Assembly (NCBI GenBank): GCA_963761335.1
Contig: CAVXGR010000015.1
Location: 224,001 to 288,000, forward strand
DNA length: 64,000 nt
Reading direction: 5' to 3'
Source of the DNA: an uncultured delta proteobacterium
Lineage (GTDB): Bacteria; Desulfobacterota; Binatia; HRBIN30; BPIQ01
The translations under genes and the position numbers were made by a program. Below, one piece after another: positions 38,221 through 49,282 of the stretch (within the stretch, counting starts at the first letter, position 1; every line of letters begins with the position of its first letter). A model generated the notes under the pieces. The model ran no database searches, was not told the origin of the DNA, and saw only the letters and a list, made by a program, of their open reading frames with translations.

Positions 38221-38847
38221 GTGGATGAGCGGAGAGTCCTGCTGGTGCTGGCGGGGTGGGTGCATCCGCCTTATCGGGGGCGGCTCTGGTTGAAGCGCGC
38301 CTTGGCGGCCGAGCCGGGGTACTCGTTCGACGAGGTGACCTCGCTGTCAGAGGCGGCGCGGCGGCCACTGGCGAGCTACGCCGCCCTGGTGCTCTACTAC
38401 CATCACCGCGACGCGGTTCTCGCCGCGCACGAGCTGGGCGCCTTGCGCTCCTTCGTCGACGATGGCGGCGGAATCCTGGCGCTGCACTCGGCCACGGCGT
38501 CCTACAAGCCGACAGCGGCCTACTTCGAGATCCTCGGCGGGCGCTTCATCGGCCACGGTCCGATCGGATCCATCGCCATCGAGCCGGCCGATGCGGCGGA
38601 CACTCTCTTCGGCGGCATCCCTCCTTTCACGGTGCTCGACGAGCTCTACCGGCATCAGCTGCAGGGCGACATCCGCGTCCGCTTTCACGGCGCGCAAGAC
38701 GGCGAGCGCCTGCCCGTGGTCTGGACGAGAGAGCAGAAAGGCGGGCGGGTCTGCTATCTCTCCCCCGGCCACCGGGCTGCGTCGATCAGGCACCCGGCGG
38801 TGCAGGAGATCGCCCGCCGCGGTCTCCGCTGGGTGAGCCGGCGCTGA
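38221..38847 (+). CDS. ThuA-like domain protein
   Basis: GGG..ALHSA, GGRF..H, DELY, W.R....GRV.Y..PGH. Confidence 0.85.
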   Translation: MDERRVLLVLAGWVHPPYRGRLWLKRALAAEPGYSFDEVTSLSEAARRPLASYAALVLYYHHRDAVLAAHELGALRSFVDDGGGILALHSATASYKPTAAYFEILGGRFIGHGPIGSIAIEPADAADTLFGGIPPFTVLDELYRHQLQGDIRVRFHGAQDGERLPVVWTREQKGGRVCYLSPGHRAASIRHPAVQEIARRGLRWVSRR

Positions 38848-38859
38848 CGCCTTCGGCGT

Positions 38860-38929
38860 TGGGAGCGCGGCCATCCCGGCCGCCTCTGCTTTTCGACAGC
38901 TGTTTCCGGCCGGGACGGCTGCGCTCCCA
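38860..38929. repeat. 70-bp family A element
   Basis: TGGGAGCGCGGCCATCCCGGCCGCCTCTGCT...CCGGCCGGGACGGCTGCGCTCCCA. Confidence 0.85.
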
Positions 38930-38957
38930 GGCTGTTTTCCACGCCGCGGCAATCGCC

Positions 38958-38986
38958 TTGACTCGCCCGGAGGTGCGCGATATACG
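38958..38986 (+). promoter_or_regulatory. putative sigma70 promoter of argS operon
   Basis: TTGACT-N17-TATACG. Confidence 0.5.
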
Positions 38987-39056
38987 CGCCTCAACTGGCC
39001 AATTCCAATGACATTTTTGTTGCAGCAGCCCTGGTTTCCGCGCTGGCGAGAGGAGG

Positions 39057-40772
39057 ATGAAAAAACGTCTTGAGGGGCTGCTTCAGCACGCGATATTAGA
39101 GGCATCGAAGGGGGGAGCGCTGAAGACAAGCAGCCTCCCCCCTTTGATTCTGGAGGTTCCCAAGGACAGGGCCTTCGGGGACTTGGCGACGCCGGTCGCC
39201 ATGGCGCTCGCCCGTGCCGAACGCCGCCCGCCGCGCGCCATCGCCGAGACGCTGGTGGCTCATCTGCGCGATCCCGAGGGCATGGTGGCCGCCACCGAGA
39301 TCGCCGGCCCCGGCTACATCAACCTGCGCCTCTCCCCGCGCTTCTGGCAGAAGTGTCTCGCCGACCTCGAGGGCGAGGCGCTCACCGCCATCAGCACCTC
39401 GAACCGCCAGCGTGTCCTCGTCGAGTTCGTCAGCGGCAATCCCACCGGGCCGCTGCACGTCGGCCACGGCCGCGGTGCCGTTACCGGCGACGTGGTTGCC
39501 CGCCTGCTCACGGCGGCGGGGCACGAGGTGGAGCGCGAGTACTACATCAACGACGCCGGACGCCAGATCGACGTCCTCGGTCGCTCCGTGCTGGCGCGCC
39601 TGCGACAGGTCTGCGGCGATGCCGTGCCGCTGCCGGAAGACGGCTATCCCGGGGAGTATCTGCTCGAGCTGGCGCAGCGCGATCGCGATGCGCTGGTCGC
39701 CGCGGTTGCCGCCGCGGTCGGCGCCCCCGTGGCGCCGCGCACCGACGAGGAGCGGCGGGCGCTGCTGGCCTCCGACGTCGCGGTGGCCGGGCCGGTCTGC
39801 GCGACGCACGCCGCCGCGGCGCTCATGCAGATGATCAAGGACGACCTGGCGCTGTGCAACATTCACTTCGACAGCTACGTCAGCGAGCGCCAGCTGCGCG
39901 CCGAGGGCGCCATCGAGGTGGCGCTCGGCGATCTCGCCGATCGCGGCCTGCTCTACGAGAGCGAGGGAGCCCGCTGGTTCCGCTCGAAGCAGTTCGGCGA
40001 CGAGAAGGACAGGGTGGTGGTGCGCGGCAACGGCGAGCTGACCTACTTCGCCAGCGACGTCGGCTATCACCGCGACAAGCTGCGCCGCGGCTTCGATCGC
40101 CTGGTCAACGTCTGGGGCGCCGATCACCACGGCTACATCGCCCGCGTGCGCGCCGCCATCGAGGCGCTCGGGCACGATGCGGGAAGCTTTCAGGTACTGC
40201 TGGTGCAGATCGTCAACCTCACCCGCAGCGGCGTGCCGGTGCGCATGGGGAAGCGCTCGGGCGAGTTCGTCTCGCTGCGCGAGATCGTCGAGGAGGTGGG
40301 GCCGGACGCGGCGCGCTTCTTCTTTCTGATGCGCAAGTCCGACAGCCAGCTCGACTTCGATCTCGATCTGGCGAAGAAGCAGGGCGCCGACAACCCGGTG
40401 TTCTACGTGCAGTATGCGCACGCCCGCTGTTGCAGCCTCTTCCGCCAGGCGGAGGCGGCCGGCGTCACCATGCCCTCCGCGGAAGAGGTGGATGTCGGTC
40501 TGCTCGCCGCGGCCGAGGAGATCGAGCTGATCAAGCAGCTGGCGATGTTCACCGACGTCCTCGATGAAGCCACCGCCGCCCTCGAGCCGCACCGCGTCGT
40601 CTTCTTCCTCATCGAGCTCGCCGGTGCCTTCCACCGCTTTTACAACCGCCACCGGATTCTCGGCGAGGAGCTCGCCGTCAGTCGCGGCCGCCTCTATCTC
40701 GCCGGCACCGTGCGCCGCGTCGTGGCGCGCGGCCTGGGTCTCCTCGGCGTGCGCGCTCCGGAGACGATGTAG
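39057..40772 (+). CDS. argS: arginine--tRNA ligase
   Basis: VEFVSGNPTGPLHVGHGR, WGADHHGY, YVQYAHAR, C-terminal APETM. Confidence 0.97.
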   Translation: MKKRLEGLLQHAILEASKGGALKTSSLPPLILEVPKDRAFGDLATPVAMALARAERRPPRAIAETLVAHLRDPEGMVAATEIAGPGYINLRLSPRFWQKCLADLEGEALTAISTSNRQRVLVEFVSGNPTGPLHVGHGRGAVTGDVVARLLTAAGHEVEREYYINDAGRQIDVLGRSVLARLRQVCGDAVPLPEDGYPGEYLLELAQRDRDALVAAVAAAVGAPVAPRTDEERRALLASDVAVAGPVCATHAAAALMQMIKDDLALCNIHFDSYVSERQLRAEGAIEVALGDLADRGLLYESEGARWFRSKQFGDEKDRVVVRGNGELTYFASDVGYHRDKLRRGFDRLVNVWGADHHGYIARVRAAIEALGHDAGSFQVLLVQIVNLTRSGVPVRMGKRSGEFVSLREIVEEVGPDAARFFFLMRKSDSQLDFDLDLAKKQGADNPVFYVQYAHARCCSLFRQAEAAGVTMPSAEEVDVGLLAAAEEIELIKQLAMFTDVLDEATAALEPHRVVFFLIELAGAFHRFYNRHRILGEELAVSRGRLYLAGTVRRVVARGLGLLGVRAPETM

Positions 40773-40778
40773 GGGGCG

Positions 40779-41480
40779 ATGATGGCGGCCAAGCGCGGTC
40801 TGTCCATCGGACAGGTGCTCGCCGTGACCATCGGCTTCGCCGGCGCCTCGGTGATCGTCTTCATCTTCGGCATGTGGGTCGGCAAGGATCTCGCCGAGCG
40901 CCGCCTGGCGCAGGAGGAGCGGGTCGTGCGCGGCGTGGTGACCCCGGGGGCGCCGCGGGAGGCGCCCGCCGTCGACCCGGACATCACCTTTTACGACCGG
41001 CTGGAGCACGGCGCCACGCCGAGCGGGCCGGCGCTTGCCGCCGCCGCGCCGCCGACGGCGACGCCCGACCTTCACCTGCTGGTGATGCCGCCGACGCGGG
41101 TGGCGGCGCCCACGGCGCGGGCGGTGCCGACCAGCGTCGCCCTGGCACCGCCGCGGCGGGTGCCGACCAGCGTTGCCCTGGCCGGCGGTCACCCCGAGAG
41201 CCGTGTCCTGCCGACGCCGCCCAGCGCCGACGATCAGTGGGCCGATGCCGGCTGGACGGTTCAGGTCAACGCCACCACCGACGCGCAGGACGCCGATCAC
41301 CTGACGCGGCGGCTCAAGGCCATCGGCTACGACGCCTACACGGTCGAGGCACCGCTGCGCGGCCGCACCTGGTACCGGGTGCGGGTGGGAAATTACCGCA
41401 CGCGCGACGCCGCGCAGCAGATGGAGCAGCGGCTGAAGACTGCGGAGGGATTCGCCAACGCCTACGTCACGGCGCGCTGA
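40779..41480 (+). CDS. SPOR domain cell-division protein (FtsN/DedD-like)
   Basis: N-terminal TM, Pro-rich linker, WTVQV...WYRVRVG. Confidence 0.88.
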   Translation: MMAAKRGLSIGQVLAVTIGFAGASVIVFIFGMWVGKDLAERRLAQEERVVRGVVTPGAPREAPAVDPDITFYDRLEHGATPSGPALAAAAPPTATPDLHLLVMPPTRVAAPTARAVPTSVALAPPRRVPTSVALAGGHPESRVLPTPPSADDQWADAGWTVQVNATTDAQDADHLTRRLKAIGYDAYTVEAPLRGRTWYRVRVGNYRTRDAAQQMEQRLKTAEGFANAYVTAR

Positions 41481-41495
41481 GGAGCGCCCGCCGAC

Positions 41496-42977
41496 ATGCC
41501 GATGCACACGCCGGAGTTCGACGAGTTTCAGCAGCTCGCGCGGCAGGGAAACCGGGTGCCCGTCTATCGCGAGATCCTCGCCGATCTCGATACGCCCGTC
41601 TCCGCCTTTCTCAAGGTCGACGACGGCGGCGACGCCTTTCTGTTCGAGAGCGTCGAGGGCGGCGAGAAGTGGGGGCGCTACAGCTTTCTCGGCGTCGCCC
41701 CGCGCCGCATCTTCACCAGCCGCGGGCGACTCGTCGAGGAGTGGGAGCCGGGCGGATCGCCGCGCCGCCGCGAGGTGGACGATCCTCTCGATGCAGCGCG
41801 CCTCCTGCTGCACGAGGTGCGCGCCGTGCCGCTCCCGGGGGTGCCCCGCTTCTCGGGCGGGCTGGTCGGCTATCTCGGCTACGACATGGTGCGCTTCTTC
41901 GAGCGGCTGCCGGCACGCGCCGCCGACGACCTGCAGCTCCCCGACCAGTATCTCCTGCTGGTTGACACGGTGATCATCTTCGACAACATGGCGCAGAAGG
42001 TGAAGGTCCTCACCCACGCGCACATCGATGGCGATGGCGACCTGCGCGGCGCCTACGACCGCGCCTGCGCCACCGTCGACGAGCTGATCGACAAGCTGCA
42101 GCGGCCGCTGCCGTCTCCCCCGTCATCCGCGAAGGAGCCGCGGCCGCTGGAGATCCGCTCCAATGTGACCGCGGCGCAGTACGGCGACATGGTGCGCAGC
42201 GCCAAGGACTACATCGTCGCCGGAGACGTCATCCAGGTGGTCCTGGCACAGCGCTTCCAGTGTCCGCTGCGGGTCGAGCCATTCAACATCTATCGCGCCC
42301 TGCGCACGGTGAACCCTTCACCCTACATGTTCTTTCTGCGCTGCGGCGAGCAGACGCTCATCGGCGCCTCGCCCGAGGTGATGGTGCGGCTCGAGGACCG
42401 CGAGATCACCGTCCGACCGATCGCCGGCACCCGGCCGCGCGGCACCGAGGAGCGCCAGGACCGCGAGCTCGAGCGCGAGCTGGTGACCGACCCGAAGGAG
42501 ATTGCCGAGCACGTCATGCTCCTCGATCTCGGCCGCAACGACGTCGGCCGCGTCGCCGAGATCGGCAGCGTGAAAGTCACCGAGAGCTTCGTCGTCGAGC
42601 GCTACTCGCACGTCATGCATCTGGTCTCCAATGTCACCGGCCAGCTGCGCCCGGGGCTCGACTGCTTCGATGCCTTTCGCGCCACCTTCCCCGCCGGTAC
42701 GCTGTCCGGGGCGCCGAAGATCCGCGCCATGGAGATCATCGAGGAGCTCGAGCCGGTGCGCCGCGGCGTCTATGGCGGCGCCGTCGGCTACTTCGATTTT
42801 TCCGGCAACATGGACACCTGCATCACGATTCGCACACTGGTCATCAAGGGAGACGCGATCTACATCGGCGCCGGTGCCGGTATCGTCGCCGACTCGAATC
42901 CCGAGAGCGAGCACGCCGAGTGCGTCAACAAGTCCCGCGCCCTGATCCAGGCGGTGCGCGTCGCGGAGGCGATCTGA
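41496..42977 (+). CDS. trpE: anthranilate synthase component I
   Basis: [42 protein letters not shown]. Confidence 0.97.
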   Translation: MPMHTPEFDEFQQLARQGNRVPVYREILADLDTPVSAFLKVDDGGDAFLFESVEGGEKWGRYSFLGVAPRRIFTSRGRLVEEWEPGGSPRRREVDDPLDAARLLLHEVRAVPLPGVPRFSGGLVGYLGYDMVRFFERLPARAADDLQLPDQYLLLVDTVIIFDNMAQKVKVLTHAHIDGDGDLRGAYDRACATVDELIDKLQRPLPSPPSSAKEPRPLEIRSNVTAAQYGDMVRSAKDYIVAGDVIQVVLAQRFQCPLRVEPFNIYRALRTVNPSPYMFFLRCGEQTLIGASPEVMVRLEDREITVRPIAGTRPRGTEERQDRELERELVTDPKEIAEHVMLLDLGRNDVGRVAEIGSVKVTESFVVERYSHVMHLVSNVTGQLRPGLDCFDAFRATFPAGTLSGAPKIRAMEIIEELEPVRRGVYGGAVGYFDFSGNMDTCITIRTLVIKGDAIYIGAGAGIVADSNPESEHAECVNKSRALIQAVRVAEAI

Positions 42978-42978
42978 C

Positions 42979-43563
42979 GTGCTGGTGATGATCGACAACT
43001 ACGATTCCTTCACCTACAACCTGGTGCAGTACCTGGGCGAGCTGGGTTGCGAGGTGGCGGTGTATCGCAACGACGCCATCACCGTCGAGGCGCTGGCGGC
43101 CCGGCGCCCGGCGCAGATCGTCATCTCCCCCGGCCCCTGCACGCCCAACGAGGCGGGGATCTCGGTCGAGGTCATCCGCCGCCTGGCGGGGCAGGTGCCG
43201 ATCCTCGGCGTCTGCCTCGGCCACCAGAGCATCGGCGCCGCCTACGGCGGCAGGATCGTTCGCGCCGGGCGCATCATGCACGGCAAGACATCGCCGATTC
43301 ACCACGACGGCCGCACCCTGTTTCGCGGTCTTCCCGAACCATTCGATGCCACGCGCTACCACTCGCTGCTGATCGAGCGCGCCACCCTTCCGTCCTGCCT
43401 GGAGATCTCGGCGTGGACCGAGGAGGGGGAGATCATGGCCGTCCGCCACCGCGAGCTGCTGGTCGAAGGGATCCAGTTTCACCCCGAGTCGATCCTGACG
43501 CTCGAGGGAAAGAAGCTGCTCGCCCACTTTCTCGAAATCTCCGCGGGCGGAGCGGCGGGATGA
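42979..43563 (+). CDS. trpG: anthranilate synthase component II
   Basis: [24 protein letters not shown]. Confidence 0.96.
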   Translation: MLVMIDNYDSFTYNLVQYLGELGCEVAVYRNDAITVEALAARRPAQIVISPGPCTPNEAGISVEVIRRLAGQVPILGVCLGHQSIGAAYGGRIVRAGRIMHGKTSPIHHDGRTLFRGLPEPFDATRYHSLLIERATLPSCLEISAWTEEGEIMAVRHRELLVEGIQFHPESILTLEGKKLLAHFLEISAGGAAG

Positions 43564-44573
43564 CCGTCTCCGAGGCGCTCGAGCGGCTGGTCCGCCGGCG
43601 CGACCTGGACGAGGACGAGATCGCCGAGATCATGCTCGAGATCATGGAAGGGCGCGCCACGCCGGCGCAGATCGGTGGGCTGCTCATCGGCCTGCGCGCC
43701 AAGGGGGAGTCGGTCGGCGAGATCGCCGGCGCCGCTCGGGTGATGCGGCGCCAGGCGATCCGCATCGCGCCGCGCGCCGCCGTCGTCCTCGACACCTGCG
43801 GCACCGGCGGCGACCGGCGCGACACCTTCAACATCTCCACCGCCGCGGCGGTCATCGCCGCCGCCGCCGGAGTGGCGGTCGCCAAGCACGGCAACCGCGC
43901 CATGTCGGGGCGCGTCGGCGGCGCCGATGTGCTCGAGGCATTGGGGGTGCGCATCGACCTGCCGCCGCAGCGGGTCACTGCCTGCATCGACACGGTCGGC
44001 ATCGGCTTTCTGTTCGCGCAGGCGTTTCACCCGGCGATGCGCTACGCCGCGGCGCCGCGGCGGGAGCTCGGCATCCGCACCATCTTCAATCTGCTGGGGC
44101 CGCTTTCCAATCCGGCCGGGGCGACGCACCAGCTGGTCGGCGTCTACGCGCCGGAATGGCTGGAGCCGGTGGCGGCGGCACTCGGGCGCCTCGGCAGCCG
44201 GCGCGCCCTGGTGGTGCACGGGCGCGACGGGGTCGATGAGATCTCGCTGGGCGGAATCAGTGACGTCGCCGAGTGGAGCGACGGCGCCGTGCGCCACTAC
44301 GAAGTCTCGCCGGCCGATTTCGGCCTCGAGCCCTGCGACCCCGCGTCGCTGCGCGTCGACAGTGCCGCGGCCAGCGCTTCCATCATCCGCAGCCTGTTGG
44401 CGGGCGAGGCCGGTCCCTGCGCCGACATCGCCGTCCTCAATGCCGCGGCGGGCCTCTACGCCGCCGAGGCGGTGCCGTCGATCGCCGCGGGAGTGGCGCG
44501 CGCCCGCGAGGTGATCGAGAGCGGCGCCGCCCGGCGCGTCCTTCACGGGCTGGTGGAGTTCACCAACCGATGA
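43560..44573 (+). CDS. trpD: anthranilate phosphoribosyltransferase
   Basis: [31 protein letters not shown]. Confidence 0.96.
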   Translation: MTVSEALERLVRRRDLDEDEIAEIMLEIMEGRATPAQIGGLLIGLRAKGESVGEIAGAARVMRRQAIRIAPRAAVVLDTCGTGGDRRDTFNISTAAAVIAAAAGVAVAKHGNRAMSGRVGGADVLEALGVRIDLPPQRVTACIDTVGIGFLFAQAFHPAMRYAAAPRRELGIRTIFNLLGPLSNPAGATHQLVGVYAPEWLEPVAAALGRLGSRRALVVHGRDGVDEISLGGISDVAEWSDGAVRHYEVSPADFGLEPCDPASLRVDSAAASASIIRSLLAGEAGPCADIAVLNAAAGLYAAEAVPSIAAGVARAREVIESGAARRVLHGLVEFTNR

Positions 44574-45358
44574 TCCTCGAGGAGATCGTTCGGCGCCGCC
44601 GCCAGGACGTGCAGCGCGATCGAGAGCAGCACCCGCAGGCGGCGTTGCGGGCGCGCCCGCTCTACGCCGCGGGCCGCCGCGGGTTTCTCGCCTCCCTGCG
44701 GGAGCCCGGACGGCGCATCGTCGCCGAGGTGAAGAAGGCCTCACCGTCCCGCGGTGTCATCCGCGCCGACTTCGACCCGGTCGCCATCGCTCGCGAGTAT
44801 GCCGCCGCCGGCGCCGCCGCGGTGTCGGTGCTGACCGAGGAGCACTATTTCCAGGGGAGCGGCGCCTATCTCGCCGCCGTGCGCCAGGCCATCGATCGGC
44901 CGTTGCTGCGCAAGGACTTCGTCTTCGATGCGTATCAGGTGGTGGAGGCGCGCTCGCTGGGGGCCGATGCGGTGCTGTTGATCGTGGCGATCCTGGATCA
45001 GGGGTCGCTGGAGGCGCTGCTGCGGGCTGCCGCCGCCGAGGAGCTCGACGCTCTCGTCGAGGTCCACGACGCCGCCGAGCTCGAGCGCGCCGTCGCCGCG
45101 GGCGCCGCCCTCATCGGCATCAACAACCGCAACCTGAAGACGTTCGAGACCTCCCTCGCCGTCACCGAGGAGCTCGCCGGCCGCGTACCGCGGGAAACCA
45201 CGGTGATCAGCGAGAGCGGTATCGACGGCCCGGCCGACATCGCCCGCCTCGAGCGCGCCGGTGTACGCGCCTTCCTCGTCGGCGAGACGCTGATGCGCGC
45301 CCCGCGACCGGGCGAGAAGCTGCGCGAGCTGCTCGGAGGCGGAGCGTGGTGCGCGTGA
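44570..45358 (+). CDS. trpC: indole-3-glycerol phosphate synthase
   Basis: AEVKKASPSRG, LRKDF, GINNRNL, SESGI. Confidence 0.96.
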   Translation: MILEEIVRRRRQDVQRDREQHPQAALRARPLYAAGRRGFLASLREPGRRIVAEVKKASPSRGVIRADFDPVAIAREYAAAGAAAVSVLTEEHYFQGSGAYLAAVRQAIDRPLLRKDFVFDAYQVVEARSLGADAVLLIVAILDQGSLEALLRAAAAEELDALVEVHDAAELERAVAAGAALIGINNRNLKTFETSLAVTEELAGRVPRETTVISESGIDGPADIARLERAGVRAFLVGETLMRAPRPGEKLRELLGGGAWCA

Positions 45359-45937
45359 AGATCTGCGGGGTGACCTCGGTCGAGGATGCGCTCTGGGCAC
45401 AGCGCTGCGGCGCCGACGCCATCGGCCTCAACTTCTGCGCCCGCAGCCCGCGCCACGTGTCCCTGGAGCTTGCCCGGGAGATCGCCGCGGCCCTGCCGGA
45501 AACGCTCCTACGGGTCGGGGTCTTCGTCGACGCCCCGCGGCAGGAGATCGAGGCGGCTCTCGCCGGCGGCGCCATCGGCGCCGTGCAGCTCCATGGCGAC
45601 GAGAGCGAAGACTTCTGTCGCGGCTGGCCGGTGCCGGTGATCAAGGCGGTGCGCGTCCGCAGCGCCGCCGATCTCGCTGCGGCGATGCACTGGGCCGTTG
45701 ATTTCATCCTGGCCGACGCCTATGTGGAAGGCGCGCGCGGGGGTACAGGTATGGGCTTCGACTGGTCGCTCCTGGCAGCAGTAGATGTTTCCCGCTTGTT
45801 CCTGGCCGGCGGCTTGAGCCCCGCGAACGTCGCTGCCGCCGTGCGGCGGGTGCGGCCGTACGCGGTCGACGCCGCCTCCGGGGTGGAGCGGAGCCCCGGG
45901 ATCAAGGATCCGGCGAAGGTGGAGGAGTTCATTCGCA

Positions 45938-45954
<17 letters not shown>
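45346..45954 (+). CDS. trpF: phosphoribosylanthranilate isomerase
   Basis: VKICG, VQLHGDE, GGTG..FDW, LAGGL, SGVE. Confidence 0.96.
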
Positions 45955-47131
<1,177 letters not shown>

Positions 47132-47132
47132 C

Positions 47133-47951
47133 GTGTCGCGCATCTCCGCAGTCTTCGACGCCCTGCGGCAGCGCGGGGAGACGGCCTTGATTCCCTTCGT
47201 GATGGCGGGCGATCCCGACTTGGAGACGACGCTGCAGCTGATGTTCGCCGCCGCGGAGAACGGCGCCGATCTGATCGAGATCGGCGTGCCGTTCTCCGAT
47301 CCGACGGCGGATGGTCCGGTCCTGCAGCGCTCCGCGGAGCGCGCCCTGCGCCATCGCACCTCGATGCCGGCCGTGCTCGAGATGGTGCAGCGCTTCCGGC
47401 GGAGCTCGCAGCTGCCGGTCATCCTCTTCGGCTACTACAATCCCATCTATCGCTATGGGGGCGAGCGCTTCGCGGCCGACGCGCGCCAGGCCGGGGTCGA
47501 CGGTTGCCTGGTGGTCGATCTGCCGCCGGAGGAGGCGGATGAGCTGCAGTGCTGGACCGATCCGGCGGGCATCGACATGATCTTTCTGCTCGCCCCGACG
47601 AGCGGGCCGGAGCGGGTCGACATGGTGCTGCGCCGCGCCCACGGCTTCGTCTACTACGTCTCGCTCACCGGCGTCACCGGTGCGCGCGCGGTTCTGCCCG
47701 AGCAGCTGCACGCCGCGGTGGACGCATTGCAGGAGCGGACCTCGATTCCGATTGGGGTCGGCTTCGGCATCTCCTCGCCGCAGCAGGCCGCGGCAGTGGG
47801 CGCCTTCGCGGACGCCGTCATCGTCGGCAGCGCCCTGATGAAGCTGGTCGAGGACCATGCCGTCGACGGCACCGCCGTCGAGCGCGTCGGCAGCTTCGTG
47901 CGCGATCTCAAAGAGCCGCTGCGGCACCCGTCGCGGCGCGAGGCGCGATGA
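47133..47951 (+). CDS. trpA: tryptophan synthase alpha chain
   Basis: EIGVPFSDP.ADGP, GVTGAR, VGFGIS. Confidence 0.97.
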   Translation: MSRISAVFDALRQRGETALIPFVMAGDPDLETTLQLMFAAAENGADLIEIGVPFSDPTADGPVLQRSAERALRHRTSMPAVLEMVQRFRRSSQLPVILFGYYNPIYRYGGERFAADARQAGVDGCLVVDLPPEEADELQCWTDPAGIDMIFLLAPTSGPERVDMVLRRAHGFVYYVSLTGVTGARAVLPEQLHAAVDALQERTSIPIGVGFGISSPQQAAAVGAFADAVIVGSALMKLVEDHAVDGTAVERVGSFVRDLKEPLRHPSRREAR

Positions 47952-49249
47952 CCGCCTACGAGTCGAGTCTTGCCTGGCTCTACGCCCTGGAGGCGGCCAA
48001 GGGCATGGACTTCAAGCTCGAGCGGGTCGAGGCGGCGCTGCAGGCGTTCGGCAATCCGCAGCGCCGCTACCCGGTGCTGCACGTGGCCGGCACCAACGGC
48101 AAGGGCTCGGTGGCGGCGATGGCGCACGCGGTGGCGCAGGCGGCAGGCTACCGCGCCGGCCTCTACACCTCGCCGCATCTGGTGCGCTTCGCCGAGCGGG
48201 TGCGTGTCGGCGACGAGGAGATCGCCGACGACGACGTGGTGGCCCTGGTGCGGCAGATCCGCGCGCAGACGGAGCCGCGCGGCATCCAGCTCACCTTCTT
48301 CGAGTTCACCACGGTGCTCGCCCTTCTCTACTTCGCGGCGCGAGAGGTGAGCCTCGCGGTCATCGAGGTCGGGCTCGGCGGGCGGCTCGACGCCACCAAC
48401 GTCGTCGACCCGGCGGTGGCGGCGATCACCACCGTCGGGCTCGACCACCAGGAATATCTGGGTACGACGATTGCGGCGGTGGCGGCGGAGAAGGGTGGCA
48501 TCATCAAGCCGGGGCGGCCGACGGTGCTCGGCCGTCTGCGCCCCGAAGCCCGCGCCGTGATCGGCGCCATTGCCGCCCAGCGTGGAAGTCGCCTCTACGA
48601 GCTCGAGCGCGACTTCGAGGTCGACGCCGAGGGTGTCGATGCCGACGCCGGCTCGAGCTACCGCGGCAATCGCTGGCAGCTCTCCGGGCTGCGGGTCGGG
48701 CTCCGCGGCGCGCACCAGCGCGACAACGCCGCCGTGGCGCTGGCGATGCTGGAGCAGCTGGAGATGCCGATGCCCGAGCCGGCGATTCGCTCCGGCCTCG
48801 CCGGGGTCCGCTGGCCCGGCCGGCTGGAGGTGGTCGCCGGGGCGCCGCTGTTGATCGTCGATGGAGCCCACAACCCGGACGGCATCGAGACGCTGGTCCG
48901 GGAGGTGCAGCCGCTGCTTCGCGGCCGCGGCCGGCTGTGGCTCCTCTTCGGCGTCATGCGCGACAAGGATTGGACGGCGATGGTGGAGGCCGTGGCGCCG
49001 CTCGCCGGCGCGGTGATCGCCACCTCGGTGCCGTCGCCGCGGGGCGAGCTGCCGGAGCGAGTCGCGGCCGCGTTCGGCCCGCTGAAGCCCACCGAGGTGA
49101 TGGTCGATCCGGTAACGGCGCTCGCCGCGCTGCGGCGGCGCGCCCAGCCGGAAGACGTCATCGTGGTCACCGGGTCGCTCTTTCTGGTCGGGGCCGTGTA
49201 TCCCCATCTTCGAGAGTCGGAGGCGTGGAGGGTCGAGGCGCGCGCCTGA
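47948..49249 (+). CDS. folC: folylpolyglutamate synthase/dihydrofolate synthase
   Basis: HVAGTNGKGS, EVGLGGRLDATN, DGAHN, VTGSLFLVG. Confidence 0.96.
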   Translation: MTAYESSLAWLYALEAAKGMDFKLERVEAALQAFGNPQRRYPVLHVAGTNGKGSVAAMAHAVAQAAGYRAGLYTSPHLVRFAERVRVGDEEIADDDVVALVRQIRAQTEPRGIQLTFFEFTTVLALLYFAAREVSLAVIEVGLGGRLDATNVVDPAVAAITTVGLDHQEYLGTTIAAVAAEKGGIIKPGRPTVLGRLRPEARAVIGAIAAQRGSRLYELERDFEVDAEGVDADAGSSYRGNRWQLSGLRVGLRGAHQRDNAAVALAMLEQLEMPMPEPAIRSGLAGVRWPGRLEVVAGAPLLIVDGAHNPDGIETLVREVQPLLRGRGRLWLLFGVMRDKDWTAMVEAVAPLAGAVIATSVPSPRGELPERVAAAFGPLKPTEVMVDPVTALAALRRRAQPEDVIVVTGSLFLVGAVYPHLRESEAWRVEARA

Positions 49250-49282
49250 GCGCGGCGGGTTTTCCCTCGATGGCGTGGCCGC

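Noticed and set aside
39096..42023. 975-aa minus-strand ORF
   Set aside because: Shadow of argS/SPOR/trpE
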